A stretch of 32,000 nucleotides of DNA from Ignicoccus hospitalis KIN4/I (GCF_000017945.1 NC_009776.1:420001-452000); one strand, 5' to 3'. Counted from the stretch's first letter, positions 1 to 10,473 are shown. The notes: generated by a model not told the origin, from the letters alone. Translations and numbers: made by a program.

Positions 1-499
1 GCTCGCTCAGCTCGTCGGGATGGGGGAGCTCCTTCTCTAGGTATATGCCGCCCACCTCCAGCGAGGCCTTCGCACCCCCGACCGGGAACACCGGGAAGGT
101 GGCCTCCCCCTCGCTGCGCCCCTCCACCCTCTGGCCGTAGACCTTGCCGCGGTACTCGCCCTTCCCCAAGATGTATATTATCACTACCCCGTTTACTTTG
201 CCCAGCGCCCCCACCTCCGGCACTTGGAACACGAACTCCTTGTCGCCGAACTTGCCCCTCTCCCCCTCCTTCCCCTTCAATAATACCTTTCCCTTGAGGC
301 CCAGCTTGAGCTTGTTGCCGTCCAGCCCGGGGACCTCCCCTCGCACCTCCACCTCAGCGGACTCCCAAGGCGCCCTGAGGTAGGAGCACTCGACGTAAAC
401 TACTCCCTTCTCCTCGCCGACCGCCCTACAACGCGTCCACACTTCCTCAGCCAGCTCGGGGGCAGCACGAGCGCTAAAAACGGCAAGTAGCTCACCTTC
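1..499 (-). CDS. C-terminal continuation of the upstream metallopeptidase-like protein in a shifted frame (or a separate gene starting near 442); runs off the window edge
   Basis: Minus-strand reading frame is open from about 499 to base 1 with strong G/C third-position bias: GELLAVFSARAAPELAEEVWTRCRAVGEEKGVVYVECSYLRAPWESAEVEVRGEVPGLDG...GGIYLEKELPHPDELSE. No good start codon before the GTG at about 442. Confidence 0.6.
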
Positions 500-1188
500 C
501 CGGGGCCGTAGAAGACCTCGACCTTGCCGAACTTCCAGTACTCGCCGGACGGGGAGCCCCCGTAAGCCCAGCCCTCCTCGAGCTCCACCTCGCCGAAGGG
601 AGGGGGCACCGGGACTACACCGTAGGGGGTGACGCCTGAGCTAACGGCCTCCGCGAAGACCTTTGCTGCCTCGTAGAGGCTCATCTTCCTCGCGCTCCAC
701 ACGTCCTCGCCGTTGACGTACAAGTAGTAAAGCACCGTGAGGCCGAAGAAGTAGGGGGAGAGGTCTCCGAACCCTCTCGTCACCCACTCCGCGTAGCCGC
801 TCCTCTTGTAGAGCTCGGGGTAGAGCAAGTAGCAGCTCAACTCCGCCAGCCCCTCCGCGAACCACAACGGCCAGTAGGCGCCCCTCTCCATTTCTATCAC
901 GTGCGTTAGCTCGTGAGCCAGCGTGCAGTAGTTCAGCTCCCTTAGGGAGACCGCGTACTCGTGCAACCCGGGGACTCCCGAGGCGTAGTTAGCTTCCCCG
1001 AGGCGCAGCTCCACCCTAGCCCTCGCTTTGCCCCACAAGGCCTCCACCTTGGGGGCCACCTCCTCGCACGCCTTCCTCAAGTCCGGGTCTTCCGAGACGC
1101 AAGTCATGGCGAGGGCCGCGAGGGCGGAGAGCGCGAGCAGCAGAGCCACTTTCACCCCGCTCCCCCACGCTTTTGTGACCCGAACCAA
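400..1188 (-). CDS. Secreted/lipoprotein-like gluzincin metallopeptidase-like protein (HELTH...E motif), probably frameshifted near its 3' end
   Basis: 262-aa ORF with N-terminal hydrophobic segment (VALLLALSALAALAMTC) and HELTHVIEMERGAYWPLWFAEGLAE, matching HExxH plus a downstream Glu. Confidence 0.75.
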   Translation of the reverse strand: MVRVTKAWGSGVKVALLLALSALAALAMTCVSEDPDLRKACEEVAPKVEALWGKARARVELRLGEANYASGVPGLHEYAVSLRELNYCTLAHELTHVIEMERGAYWPLWFAEGLAELSCYLLYPELYKRSGYAEWVTRGFGDLSPYFFGLTVLYYLYVNGEDVWSARKMSLYEAAKVFAEAVSSGVTPYGVVPVPPPFGEVELEEGWAYGGSPSGEYWKFGKVEVFYGPGKVSYLPFLALVLPPSWLRKCGRVVGRSARRRE

Positions 1189-1310
1189 GGAAATATACTT
1201 AAATTTTGAGTACTCTCCCTTGACCTCGAAAATTTCAGTCAGACGGTTTCCGAAGGGAAAGTTTCAAGCGTAACGCTCAAATAATCCGAGTATATGCCGG
1301 TCAATACATG

Positions 1311-1320
1311 CCTATAAACC
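1311..1320 (+). promoter_or_regulatory. Archaeal TATA-box candidate for the acyl-CoA ligase gene
   Basis: cctataaacc; a start about 25 nt downstream would be near 1340, before SD-like ggtag and GTG at 1355. Confidence 0.5.
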
Positions 1321-1333
1321 GCCCCGGCCCTCC

Positions 1334-2815
1334 GTGCTTAGCGGTAGAGCAGTCGTGTTCGAGCGCTACTCGAGGGCCACCCCCCTCGGGGCGTACTTGG
1401 AGGAAGGGCGGAGGTTCAGGGAAGAGGGCTTCATAAGGACGGACTACCCCCCTAAGAGGGACGAGGTCCTCTGGAACCCCAAAATTATGAGGATGCCCAG
1501 GGAAGAGCTGGAGAAGATAAAGACCCAGAGGCTCAAGGCCATAGTTAAGTGGGCGTGGGAGCACAGCGAGTTCTACCGCAAGTTCTGGAAGAGCAAGGGC
1601 TTCCACCCGGACATGATAAAGACTCACGAGGACGTGGTCAAGATACCGGTCCTCACCAAGAAGGACTTGAGAGCGGACTTGCAGAAGAACCCGCCTTACG
1701 GCACCATAATGGTTCCGGAACTGGCCAAGTACATACACTTCGTGGGCGCCACCTCCGGCAGCACCGGGATGCCCACCTTCCAAGGCTGGGGCAGGGTGGA
1801 GCTGGACTACTTCGAGGAACAGCAAGCTAGGTACTTGTGGACCTTCGCCGGCGTCAAGCCCGGCGTAGTCTATGCGAACTACCTCAACATGAGCGGCTTC
1901 TACAGCTGGGGCCCGCCCCTCGTGGAGACCGCCATGTGGAGGTGCGGCGCCACCGCCATCGCCGGCGGGGGCGAGACCTTCTTCACTTGGAAGGACAGGC
2001 ACATGCTAATAATGAAGCTGTGGAAGGTTGACGTCTTCGCCACCACCCCGTGGCTCCACCGCTGGATAGGCGAGCAAGCCAAGCTGGAGGGCTGGGTGAC
2101 CCCGTTCAAGGTGCTCTTGCTCCACGGAGGGGCAGCGGCCGAGAAGACCAAGGAGAAGCTGATGGAGGTCCACCCCAACGTCGAGAAGGTCATAAGCGTC
2201 TGGGGCACTACGGACGGTCACATGGCAATCGAGCCCCCCGACGCGCCCGGGACCTTGGTGTTCTGGGAGGACACCCAGATCTTCGACATAGTGGTGCCCG
2301 GCAGCTACGAGGAGAGGCCCGAGGGCGAGCCGGCGGGCCAGGGCGAGAGGGGAGAGCTCATAGCCACCTTGCTGACCCACTACACCATGCCCTTGATAAG
2401 GTACAGCCTGGGCGACTACGTGAAGAACGAGTTCATATGCGACCCCACCCCGGAGCTGGGCATAACCCACTGTAGGTTCGCCGAGCTCATACCGGGCAGA
2501 GTGGAGTGGATGTTCAAGGTAAAGGGCAAGCTGCTCTTCCCCATAGTGGTCGAGAACGCGGTGAGCCAGATACCGGACACCACCGGCGCCTACAACATAG
2601 TAGTTTACGACGACAACATGGACAAGCTGAAGATAAAGGTGGAGACCAGGAAGCCCATACCGCCCCCTCCGGAGTACGACAAGGAGGCAAGGGAGATCAT
2701 AGCGAGGGAGCTCGGCCTGAGCCCGGAGGACGTGGAGATAGAGTGGATAAGGCCCGGCGAGAGCGTCTGGAAGGGCTACAAGCTGCAAGTGTTCTTGGAC
2801 GAGAGGAAGAAGTAA
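1334..2815 (+). CDS. Phenylacetate-CoA ligase-like (PaaK-type) AMP-forming acyl-CoA ligase; true start possibly GTG at 1355
   Basis: 493 aa; [18 protein letters not shown]-like N-term, [73 protein letters not shown] are typical PaaK-family blocks. Confidence 0.88.
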   Translation: MLSGRAVVFERYSRATPLGAYLEEGRRFREEGFIRTDYPPKRDEVLWNPKIMRMPREELEKIKTQRLKAIVKWAWEHSEFYRKFWKSKGFHPDMIKTHEDVVKIPVLTKKDLRADLQKNPPYGTIMVPELAKYIHFVGATSGSTGMPTFQGWGRVELDYFEEQQARYLWTFAGVKPGVVYANYLNMSGFYSWGPPLVETAMWRCGATAIAGGGETFFTWKDRHMLIMKLWKVDVFATTPWLHRWIGEQAKLEGWVTPFKVLLLHGGAAAEKTKEKLMEVHPNVEKVISVWGTTDGHMAIEPPDAPGTLVFWEDTQIFDIVVPGSYEERPEGEPAGQGERGELIATLLTHYTMPLIRYSLGDYVKNEFICDPTPELGITHCRFAELIPGRVEWMFKVKGKLLFPIVVENAVSQIPDTTGAYNIVVYDDNMDKLKIKVETRKPIPPPPEYDKEAREIIARELGLSPEDVEIEWIRPGESVWKGYKLQVFLDERKK

Positions 2816-2876
2816 GCTTTTTCCACTCTCAGACGTTTATGACCTTACTCCCCTCACCCCCTCCGGGCAGCCGGCC

Positions 2877-4103
2877 TTGGACGAGCTGGAAAAGTACGTA
2901 GAGATGTTGGAGAAGGGCGAGCTGAGCTTAAGCAAGCTGGACAAGGTCCTAAACCCTAACTTGGCCGCCCTGGTCAGGAGGAGGTTCTTAGAAAAGAGGA
3001 TAGGCAAGCTCCTCCCCGGCATAGCCTCAACCATACTCGACTTCGAAGAGCTCGTGGGAAGGAACATAGAGAACCCGATAGGGGCGGTTCAAATTCCCTT
3101 GGGCATAGCCGGACCCATCAAGGTCAACGGGGACTACGCCAAGGGGGAGTTCTACGTCCCCTTGGCCACCCACGAGGGGGCCCTGGTCGCCTCCGTCAAC
3201 AGGGGGATGAAGGCCGTTACCTTGTCCGGCGGCGCAAACGTAAAGGTGTTGAAAGATGGGATGGCTAGAGCCCCGGTGTTCAGGGTCCCAGACGTGGCGA
3301 CCGCGCAAGAGCTCGTGGAGTGGGTTAAGGAGCACTTTAACGAGATAAAGGAGGTTGCTGAAAGCACCACGCGCCACGGGAAGCTGAAGGAAATACAGCC
3401 GTTCGTCATGGGGAACAACGTGTGGCTGCGCTTCGTCTACTTTACCGGCGATGCTATGGGAATGAACATGGCAACGATAGCGACCGAGAAGGCGTGCGAA
3501 TACATTGAAGAGAACTTCGGGAGGGCCCAGTGCGTGGCCCTCTCCGGCAACATGTGCGTCGACAAGAAGCCTGCCCACTTGAACGTCCTCTTGGGGAGAG
3601 GGAAGTACGTGGTGGCCGAGGCCTTGATAAAGAAGGAGGTACTGGAGGGGGTGCTTAAGACCGACGCGAGGTCGGTGCACGAGGTAAACGAGAGGAAGAA
3701 CTGGGCCGGGAGCGCCTTCGCGGGCTCCTTCTCCTACAACGCCCACTTCGCCAACATAATAGCCGCGATATTCTTAGCTACCGGGCAGGACGCCGCGCAA
3801 ATAGTGGAGTCCTCCATGGGCTTCACTTGGACGGAAGTGAGGGGCGAGGACTTGTACATCTCCGTCACCCTCCCCAGCTTGGAGGTAGGCACTGTGGGCG
3901 GGGGGACTAGGCTGCAGACCCAGAGGGAGGCCTTGGAGATACTCGGCGTGGCCGGCGGCGGCGACCCCCCTGGCACCAACGCCCTCAAGTTCGCCGAGAT
4001 CGTGGGGGCAAGCGTCTTAGCCGGCGAACTAAACCTGCTCGCGGCCCTCGCGGCAAGGCAGCTCGCGAGGGCCCACGAGAGGCTCGGGAGGGGGAAGGGT
4101 TGA
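2877..4103 (+). CDS. hmgA: 3-hydroxy-3-methylglutaryl-CoA reductase
   Basis: 408 aa; [71 protein letters not shown] start. Confidence 0.95.
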   Translation: MDELEKYVEMLEKGELSLSKLDKVLNPNLAALVRRRFLEKRIGKLLPGIASTILDFEELVGRNIENPIGAVQIPLGIAGPIKVNGDYAKGEFYVPLATHEGALVASVNRGMKAVTLSGGANVKVLKDGMARAPVFRVPDVATAQELVEWVKEHFNEIKEVAESTTRHGKLKEIQPFVMGNNVWLRFVYFTGDAMGMNMATIATEKACEYIEENFGRAQCVALSGNMCVDKKPAHLNVLLGRGKYVVAEALIKKEVLEGVLKTDARSVHEVNERKNWAGSAFAGSFSYNAHFANIIAAIFLATGQDAAQIVESSMGFTWTEVRGEDLYISVTLPSLEVGTVGGGTRLQTQREALEILGVAGGGDPPGTNALKFAEIVGASVLAGELNLLAALAARQLARAHERLGRGKG

Positions 4104-4921
4104 GGCTCGAGCTGGAGGGCAAGGAGCTGGCCGCGCTCTCGTGGGGCGCGGCGGTGGGGGCCAAGTACGAGGGCGGAGGCTTCGCGACTTTCTTCGACGA
4201 GAACGTGAAGAACGAGCTCAGCTTGGAGGAGCCGGCCGAGCTCGTGAGCTGCGAGGAGAGCGTGTGCGCTACTTACTACGGCACTAAGATCTTGATAACC
4301 TCTTACGGAACCCCCTTGAGGGAGTTCGAAGTAGGCGTGGCCCCCAACTGGGTCTTGTTGGACGACAAAGTAGTGTACTTGACTTACGAGGAGGGCGTGG
4401 TGGCCTACAGCTTGGAGGGCAAGAGGCTCTGGAGGGGCCTTTACGGCCCCGCGAGGGGGGCGGCGAGGGCGAAGGGCCTTATATACGTCGGCACCCCCTT
4501 CGGAGCTCTAGCCCTCTCCCACGAAGATGGGAAGGTCGTGAAGGAGGTGGAGCTGGGCAACGGCAGCTGGAGGGTAACTTCCTCTTGCGGCTCCACGCTC
4601 TTGTTAGTGAACGACGAGGAGGCCTCGGCGCTGGCCTTGTTGGCGGTGAAGGACTTGGGCGACCCAGAGCCCGTGGGCGAGGTGAAGGGGGTGACGGGCA
4701 CCCCTTGGATATCCCCCGACTGCCTCTACGTGGCGGTCCCCTCTTGCGGGGTCTCTGTCTTCGACTTGCGCGGGAACTTGGTCTTCTCCCAGAGCTTGGA
4801 GGGGAACAGCGACGAGTGCTACGGGGTCCAAGCCCACTGGGGCGAGAAGCTCTTGGTAGGCGTGGTGGACGAGGGGCTGATGAAGTCCTACGTGTTGACT
4901 TACGAGCCTTTCTCCCGGTAG
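4100..4921 (+). CDS. Beta-propeller-like (PQQ/WD-type) uncharacterised protein
   Basis: 273 aa; repeated blades such as [55 protein letters not shown]; ATGA-type overlap with hmgA stop. Confidence 0.6.
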   Translation: MRLELEGKELAALSWGAAVGAKYEGGGFATFFDENVKNELSLEEPAELVSCEESVCATYYGTKILITSYGTPLREFEVGVAPNWVLLDDKVVYLTYEEGVVAYSLEGKRLWRGLYGPARGAARAKGLIYVGTPFGALALSHEDGKVVKEVELGNGSWRVTSSCGSTLLLVNDEEASALALLAVKDLGDPEPVGEVKGVTGTPWISPDCLYVAVPSCGVSVFDLRGNLVFSQSLEGNSDECYGVQAHWGEKLLVGVVDEGLMKSYVLTYEPFSR

Positions 4922-4990
4922 CCCCTCGGGAGAGGGGCCCGGGGTTATAGACAAGAGGAAACTCTGAGACTGCCCGGGCCCGGGAAGAGC

Positions 4991-6523
4991 TTGATCTGGG
5001 AGCCGGAGGCCAGGGACGGGCCGGCGAGGGCCGGGAAGCTCAAGGTAGGCGCCTACGAGGTCGAGACCCCCGCCCTTTTGGCGGTGGTGGACCCGGACCC
5101 GAAGAAGCAACTCGTCCCCTTGGACGAGATGAGGAGGGCCGGGGTCCAAGTAATAATGACCTCAGCCTTCATAGCTAAGAAGAAGGTAGGCCCAACGAAC
5201 TTGAAGGAGCGCTTGGGGTGGGAGGGCCTCCTATACACCGACTCGGGGACCTTTCAAGCGTACAGCAGGGGGGTGAGGGTGGACCCGGAGGAGTCGGTGA
5301 GGTACCAGATAAGCGCCGGCTCCGACATAATAACGCCCGTGGACCTCTTCAGCTTGCCCACGGACAGCAAGGAGGTAGCGGCGAAGAAGGCGGAGGTGAG
5401 CTTCCGGAGGTGGCTGAGGGCGAGGGAGCTGAAGGAGGAGGTGAGCGCCCCGGTACAAGGGGGCCTCTACCCGGACGTGAGGGCGGCCGTCGCGAGGAGG
5501 TACTCCGAGGCCGGGGCCAGGCTCTTGGCCGTGGGGGGTATAGTTCCCTTGATGGAAGAGTACAAGTTCAAGGAGTTGGTTAACGCGGTGCTCCCGGTCC
5601 TCGCCTCCAGGCCGCCGGAGGCCGCGGTGCACGCCTTCGGGGCCGGCCACCCGCTCGCCTTCCCCCTCTTGGCCTTCCTAGGCGTGGACCTCTTCGACTC
5701 GGCCATGTACGCTATAGCGGCGAGGGAGGGTAGGTACTTAACGCCGTTTGGTACCTTTAGGCTCGAAGAATTAGTAATGATGAGGGAGTTCCCCTGCGAC
5801 TGCCCCGCTTGCTCCTCCCTCTCCCCGCGCGACTTGCTGTCCATGAGCGAGGAGGAGAGGACCAAGTTCTTAGCCCTTCACAACCTTTACGCAGCAATTA
5901 AAATGGTGAAGGAAATAAGGGAGAGGATAGTTTACGGCACCTTCCACAAGTGGGCGATAGCCTTCGCCCACAGCCACCCGAGGCTGTACGAGGCCTTTGC
6001 AGAGGCCTTGGGCAAGTGGAGGGGCTACTTCGAGAGGGAGAGGAACGCCCTCCCCAAGTCGCCGGTCCCGGAGGGGTGCGAGCTCTGCGACTCCAGCCCG
6101 GAGAGGGACCCGGTGGGGGAGGGGACTTACGGGACGAGGGAGCTGTTCAACGTCATCGCCAAGAGGGCCTACGGGAAGGGGCTGAGTTCCGAAGAACCCT
6201 TGGAGGCCTTAAGGCCCCCTAGGGCCAGCTTCTCGCCCCGCGCGCTGAGGGAGCTCTGCTCGGTGACCCTCAACTCCCCTCCCAAGGGGAGGGCGATAAG
6301 GAAGAAGGACTTAAAGGAAGTTAACTGCTTGTTGAGGCCCAACCATGAGGTCCTCGTCCTCTGGGAGGGAGGGGAGGCGAAGGCCGTTTCCCTCGTCTCG
6401 TTCGCGGAGCTCTCGTTGGCCTCCGAAGAGGCCGTGGCGCTCTTACTCCCCCCTGAGGGCCTCCACGGGGTCAAGCTTGGAGGCCTTGTAGGCCGGGTAG
6501 AGGCCGGCGACCACGGCGGTTAA
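4991..6523 (+). CDS. tgtA: Archaeosine tRNA-guanine transglycosylase
   Basis: 510 aa; LLYTDSGTFQAYSRG, PVQGGLYPDVR, AVHAFGAGHP, zinc site CDCPAC...H. TTG start. Confidence 0.92.
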   Translation: MIWEPEARDGPARAGKLKVGAYEVETPALLAVVDPDPKKQLVPLDEMRRAGVQVIMTSAFIAKKKVGPTNLKERLGWEGLLYTDSGTFQAYSRGVRVDPEESVRYQISAGSDIITPVDLFSLPTDSKEVAAKKAEVSFRRWLRARELKEEVSAPVQGGLYPDVRAAVARRYSEAGARLLAVGGIVPLMEEYKFKELVNAVLPVLASRPPEAAVHAFGAGHPLAFPLLAFLGVDLFDSAMYAIAAREGRYLTPFGTFRLEELVMMREFPCDCPACSSLSPRDLLSMSEEERTKFLALHNLYAAIKMVKEIRERIVYGTFHKWAIAFAHSHPRLYEAFAEALGKWRGYFERERNALPKSPVPEGCELCDSSPERDPVGEGTYGTRELFNVIAKRAYGKGLSSEEPLEALRPPRASFSPRALRELCSVTLNSPPKGRAIRKKDLKEVNCLLRPNHEVLVLWEGGEAKAVSLVSFAELSLASEEAVALLLPPEGLHGVKLGGLVGRVEAGDHGG

Positions 6524-7621
6524 CACGGAGAAGAGCGCCGCCTCAGCGACCAGCTGGGGGCTCACGTAAGCCTTGGCGGTCTTCAAGAACTCCGCTTGTA
6601 TGTAGCTCTTCAGCTGGGCCCCTATTACATTAACGTACTTGTTCACAGCGTCCGCCAAGAAGTAGCCTATTACAGAGCCTATGGCTCCTCCTACCACCCC
6701 GAAGGATGAGGCCAAGAATAGGTAGTAAAGCAATATGTCCCTCGGGGAGTAGCCTATTGCCTTCATAACTGCTATTTCAGACCTCCTCTCGAGGACAGTT
6801 ATCATCATGGTGTTAGCTATTCCGAAGCCAGACGCAACGAAAGCTATCATAGACATCATGAACAAGAACCTCTCAGCGAACTCCGCCGCGGACGAGTACA
6901 TGTTTATTAAACTTAAGGGCGCGGTGGCTTCGGCGTCCATGAGCTCTGCCAAGGGCCTCACCCTCTTCAACACTTCCTTCGTCTTGGAGGGGCTCTCGGC
7001 GACCAAGTAGAGGACATTGTAACCCCCGACCACCCTCGTCCCTAGCTCCTCAGAGACCATTATCGACTTGTCCGGGTTGAAGCCGAAGAGGCTCGAGCCG
7101 AGGCTCTCCAAAGCTCCCACGACGGTTACGTAGTACTCCTCCTTACCCACTTGGAACTTCACTGTGCCAGGGGGGAGTAAGACCTCCTTAGCCACTTGCC
7201 AGCCCTCCACCGCCGTGCCGGGGGCTAGGGAGAAGCGCCCTAGGCGCGGCTTCGCGGAGGGGAAAAGGGAGAAGAACGCCTTTTCGTTCAGCCCCACGAA
7301 GGTCAGTATCCAGACTTTCCCGGAGGCCGATACCTTAGCTCTGAACACCGAAACCCCGAACACGTCCGTGACCCCCTCAACGGCCTTGAAGGCCAAGGCG
7401 TCTTCCAAGGAAAAGGGTCTCTCTCGCGCGCTCAAGATTATGACGTTCGCCGCCAGCCCCCTGAACTGCCTCTCCACGTTGACCCTCAAGCCCTCCGCTT
7501 GGGAGACGAAGGCTATCAAGGCCGCGGCGCCCACCGCAACGCTCATGACCACTAAGAGGGACCTCAAGCCGCCGCTCTTCATGTCCTTTAAGCTCATAAG
7601 GAAGAGCTCCGCGTACTTCAT
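6443..7621 (-). CDS. ABC transporter permease, FtsX/MacB-like
   Basis: 392 aa; N-terminal TM (SLKDMKSGGLRSLLVVMSVAVGAAALIAF), periplasmic-type domain, three C-terminal TM segments including MTVLERRSEIAVMKAIGYSPRDIL and C-term LYPAYKASKLDPVEALR. Confidence 0.92.
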   Translation of the reverse strand: MKYAELFLMSLKDMKSGGLRSLLVVMSVAVGAAALIAFVSQAEGLRVNVERQFRGLAANVIILSARERPFSLEDALAFKAVEGVTDVFGVSVFRAKVSASGKVWILTFVGLNEKAFFSLFPSAKPRLGRFSLAPGTAVEGWQVAKEVLLPPGTVKFQVGKEEYYVTVVGALESLGSSLFGFNPDKSIMVSEELGTRVVGGYNVLYLVAESPSKTKEVLKRVRPLAELMDAEATAPLSLINMYSSAAEFAERFLFMMSMIAFVASGFGIANTMMITVLERRSEIAVMKAIGYSPRDILLYYLFLASSFGVVGGAIGSVIGYFLADAVNKYVNVIGAQLKSYIQAEFLKTAKAYVSPQLVAEAALFSVLTAVVAGLYPAYKASKLDPVEALRGE

Positions 7622-10473
7622 TCTATCACCACCGTTTTGGACCTCCTCCTTTTAATTAAGAGGAGCAAAATTATTGGCACCACCAAGGCGAGGGCCATCG
7701 CCTCCGGCCCCAAGCTCTCGGCAGATAGCTTGACTCTCGGCTTAACTATCACGCTGGCTGAGAACACCTTCTCGTACTTCTCGCCTTGGAAGAGGTAGGA
7801 GACCTTCAGGGTAACCGGCACCGTCCCGGGCTCCGCCTCCGCGGGGACCTCGAAGGGGAACACCGCGGGCACGTCCGCCCCGGGGGAGAGCCTCGGGAGG
7901 AAGAGGGTCTTCTTGGTGAACCTTATCCCCTTCGCCTCCACAGATATCTTGACGTCGGCCGCGCTCTGGTCTCCCACGTTGGCCAGCGAGAAGCCCAGTA
8001 TTCCGGAGGAGCCTGGGGAGAGCTCCTCCGGGAAGGTGGCGGCGTCGTGAACTTTGAGCACGGGGCCGGTCGCCACGCTTATCTTGTAGTTAAACGTGTC
8101 GCTGACGTTTCCGTACCTCACCCTCACAGTTATTGAGTACGTCCCGGGGTAGTTGGGGGAACAAGGCACCTCCACCAAGGCCCTCTGGCCCGGGGCTAGC
8201 TCCTTGATGAAGAAGGAACTCTTGGAGAGGGGTAAGCCGGAGGAGTAGACGTAGAGCTCCACCCCCTTCGCCGGGACCTCGCCGTCGTTAAATACCTCGA
8301 ACCTTAGAACGGACTTTCCTGTCTTGAGTATGGTAGTTAGCATGTTTACCGCTACGTGCGGGGAAGGCTTGGGAACCACCTTGAACTTCTTGGTAAAGGA
8401 GGCTGAGTAGGAGCTCCCCCAAGGGTCCGTGTAGCGGGCCTCCAGCTTCAGTTCCGCCTCCTCAGCCCTCTCCGGTGGGGTTACAAAGAGCTTTAAGGTA
8501 ACCTTCTTGCCCGGCGGTATATCTCCCAGCATGAAGTAGCTCGGCGTTACGTCCGAGTCCCCTGAGGAGGCCGAGAGGGTGACGGACCTCGCCTCGTCGC
8601 CCCCGGAGTTGGCGAGCTCCACGTAGACCGCGTTGGACTTCCCGCCCCTTAGCTTCTCGCCCTTTACGGCTATTACTAAGTTCGGGGGGACGTAGTTCCT
8701 AACCGGCACCTCGAACTCCTTCTTCAATTGGGACGGTAGGCAAGTGCCTCCCAAGGGGCCGGAGCAGTAGCTCAAGGCCGCGTTCAACTTAACAGACTTG
8801 GCGTCCTTGGGTACGAAGAACGTAGCGTTTATAACCTTGCTAGAGTCTGGAGGCATATCGCCTAAGTACACGTAACTGGGGTAGAGCAAGTAGGGCGAGG
8901 AGAGGCTGAGCCCCGCCCCCTTCGCGTAGCCCCTCCCGACGTTCTTGACCCTTATCGTAACTACGTCCTTTCCAACGCCCAAGCTCTTGGTTTCCAGCTC
9001 GATGGCCGGGACCGCCACCTCCGGGTTGGGCTTGACCTCTAGCTCTTCCTCCCTCTCCAAGCTGTAGGAGCCCGCAACTATCTTCACCTTGGCCTTGAGT
9101 GATTCCACCTCCCAAGGGACCGCGACCAAGCCTTCCAGGCAAACCCTCTGCGAGGGGGCGACCTCGTCGAAGGTAGCTACGCTCGACCAGTTGCTGACTT
9201 CGACTTTCACGATCACGTCCTTTACTGCCTTGTTCCACGCGTTCTCCACGCACATCCTCTCCCGGACCACGCTCCCCTCCACGACGCTCCGGGGCTCGAA
9301 GGTTACCGTAAACTCCGGGTTGAACGGTTTAACGTTGAAATTATATGCAAACGTCTTCCCAAACATCTTTACTTTCAAGATAGCTTCTTTTGCTGAGGTG
9401 GGGAGGGACCACACGAAGGCGCCTCCGGGCAAGGGCAAGGTCGGGGGGTCAACGGCCCCGGGGCTGGGCTCGAGCGTTACAGCGCCCTTCACCGGGAGGG
9501 GGCAGTTGACCTTAACCTCCACCGCGTTGTCCACTCCGGCCCACAGCTCCGTCGCGTTGAAGCTTACGTCACAGTAGCTCATAGCGACGCTGTCATTCAG
9601 AACTAGGTTACCGGCCTTGGCTACTGCGCTCAACGTAAAGGGCAGGGAGGAGGGCGTAACTGTGTAGTTGAGCGTCGTGCACCCCTTCAGCTCCAGCTTG
9701 AAGGAGTCCGGCTCGGGGGCGGCATTACGGGAGAACAACCTAATTACGAATTGTTGTTTCCTAGGGAAGCATACTTCTATTACCTTTCCTAACTTGAACG
9801 TTACGCGGGGGTCCGGGTTAACTATCATCAAGCCCTTCCCTTCGAGCTCCGCCTTCCCGTAGCGGGCCTTGTACTCGACCTCGTACTTCCCCGGAGAGGT
9901 GGGCGGGACCTCGGCCTTCGCTGCTCCCTCCCCTCCCGGGGGGACCTCCAAGGGGAGCGTCGCGAAGAAGGGCTTGGTGATTACTATATTGCCCTTAAAG
10001 GGCGCCTCTCCGACGTTCCTGAACTTCAGGGTCACGTTGCCGCCTACTTCCGACACCTCCACGGGTTCCATGACTAGCTGGGGGGAGCGGACGAAGAGCG
10101 TTAAGGAGCCCGAGGTCGCTCCGAGGGCCTTGGAGTTCCCCAACGCGTAGGCCGCGCTGGCAACGAAGCTTAACCTAATTACTTCTTTCAACGGGAGGAC
10201 GTTCAGTATGACCTCCTTGCACTGCCTCGGTCTCAAGTCTCCTACGGAGAAGGTCGAGGGGGTGACTGCGGCGTCCTCCGTGGCGAGCTGGAACGTTGCA
10301 TAAGAGATCAAGGTGACGGAGGGGTTGCAGACCTTGAGCCTCACGGATCCTAAGTGGCCGAGGGTCAAGTTCGCCCGTTCGGGGACCAAGTAGACCGGCG
10401 AGGGCGGCAGCGGCTTCTGTTCGGCCGCCCACACAAGCGCCAACGTCACCAAGATAGCCAGAGCCCTCTTCAA
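7618..10473 (-). CDS. Very large exported/membrane-anchored surface protein with tandem Ig-like (CARDB/NEW3-like) modules
   Basis: 951 aa; N-terminal signal (MKRALAILVTLALVWA), repeated beta modules (VRLKVCN, LKFRNVGEAP, IRVKNVGRGYAKG, VELANSGGDEA, FEVFNDGEVPAKG, FSLANVGDQSAADV), C-terminal TM plus basic tail (MALALVVPIILLLLIKRRRSK). Start of the permease overlaps its stop. Confidence 0.85.
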   Translation of the reverse strand: MKRALAILVTLALVWAAEQKPLPPSPVYLVPERANLTLGHLGSVRLKVCNPSVTLISYATFQLATEDAAVTPSTFSVGDLRPRQCKEVILNVLPLKEVIRLSFVASAAYALGNSKALGATSGSLTLFVRSPQLVMEPVEVSEVGGNVTLKFRNVGEAPFKGNIVITKPFFATLPLEVPPGGEGAAKAEVPPTSPGKYEVEYKARYGKAELEGKGLMIVNPDPRVTFKLGKVIEVCFPRKQQFVIRLFSRNAAPEPDSFKLELKGCTTLNYTVTPSSLPFTLSAVAKAGNLVLNDSVAMSYCDVSFNATELWAGVDNAVEVKVNCPLPVKGAVTLEPSPGAVDPPTLPLPGGAFVWSLPTSAKEAILKVKMFGKTFAYNFNVKPFNPEFTVTFEPRSVVEGSVVRERMCVENAWNKAVKDVIVKVEVSNWSSVATFDEVAPSQRVCLEGLVAVPWEVESLKAKVKIVAGSYSLEREEELEVKPNPEVAVPAIELETKSLGVGKDVVTIRVKNVGRGYAKGAGLSLSSPYLLYPSYVYLGDMPPDSSKVINATFFVPKDAKSVKLNAALSYCSGPLGGTCLPSQLKKEFEVPVRNYVPPNLVIAVKGEKLRGGKSNAVYVELANSGGDEARSVTLSASSGDSDVTPSYFMLGDIPPGKKVTLKLFVTPPERAEEAELKLEARYTDPWGSSYSASFTKKFKVVPKPSPHVAVNMLTTILKTGKSVLRFEVFNDGEVPAKGVELYVYSSGLPLSKSSFFIKELAPGQRALVEVPCSPNYPGTYSITVRVRYGNVSDTFNYKISVATGPVLKVHDAATFPEELSPGSSGILGFSLANVGDQSAADVKISVEAKGIRFTKKTLFLPRLSPGADVPAVFPFEVPAEAEPGTVPVTLKVSYLFQGEKYEKVFSASVIVKPRVKLSAESLGPEAMALALVVPIILLLLIKRRRSKTVVIE

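Noticed and set aside
1301-2788. Long minus-strand ORFs (233 aa, 260 aa) and plus alternates (141 aa, 131 aa) over the PaaK-like gene
   Set aside because: Antisense/out-of-frame shadows of a well-supported gene in GC-rich DNA; compositions dominated by R/G/L/H/P with no domain signal.
3086-3105. GGTTCAAATTCCC, resembling a tRNA T-arm
   Set aside because: Lies inside the conserved hmgA motif [12 protein letters not shown]; no acceptor, D or anticodon arms around it.
3027-3746. 239-aa minus-strand ORF opposite hmgA
   Set aside because: Shadow ORF; hmgA motifs are unambiguous on the plus strand.
5231-5865. ORFs of 139 and 132 aa opposite tgtA
   Set aside because: Low-complexity antisense of a recognised enzyme.
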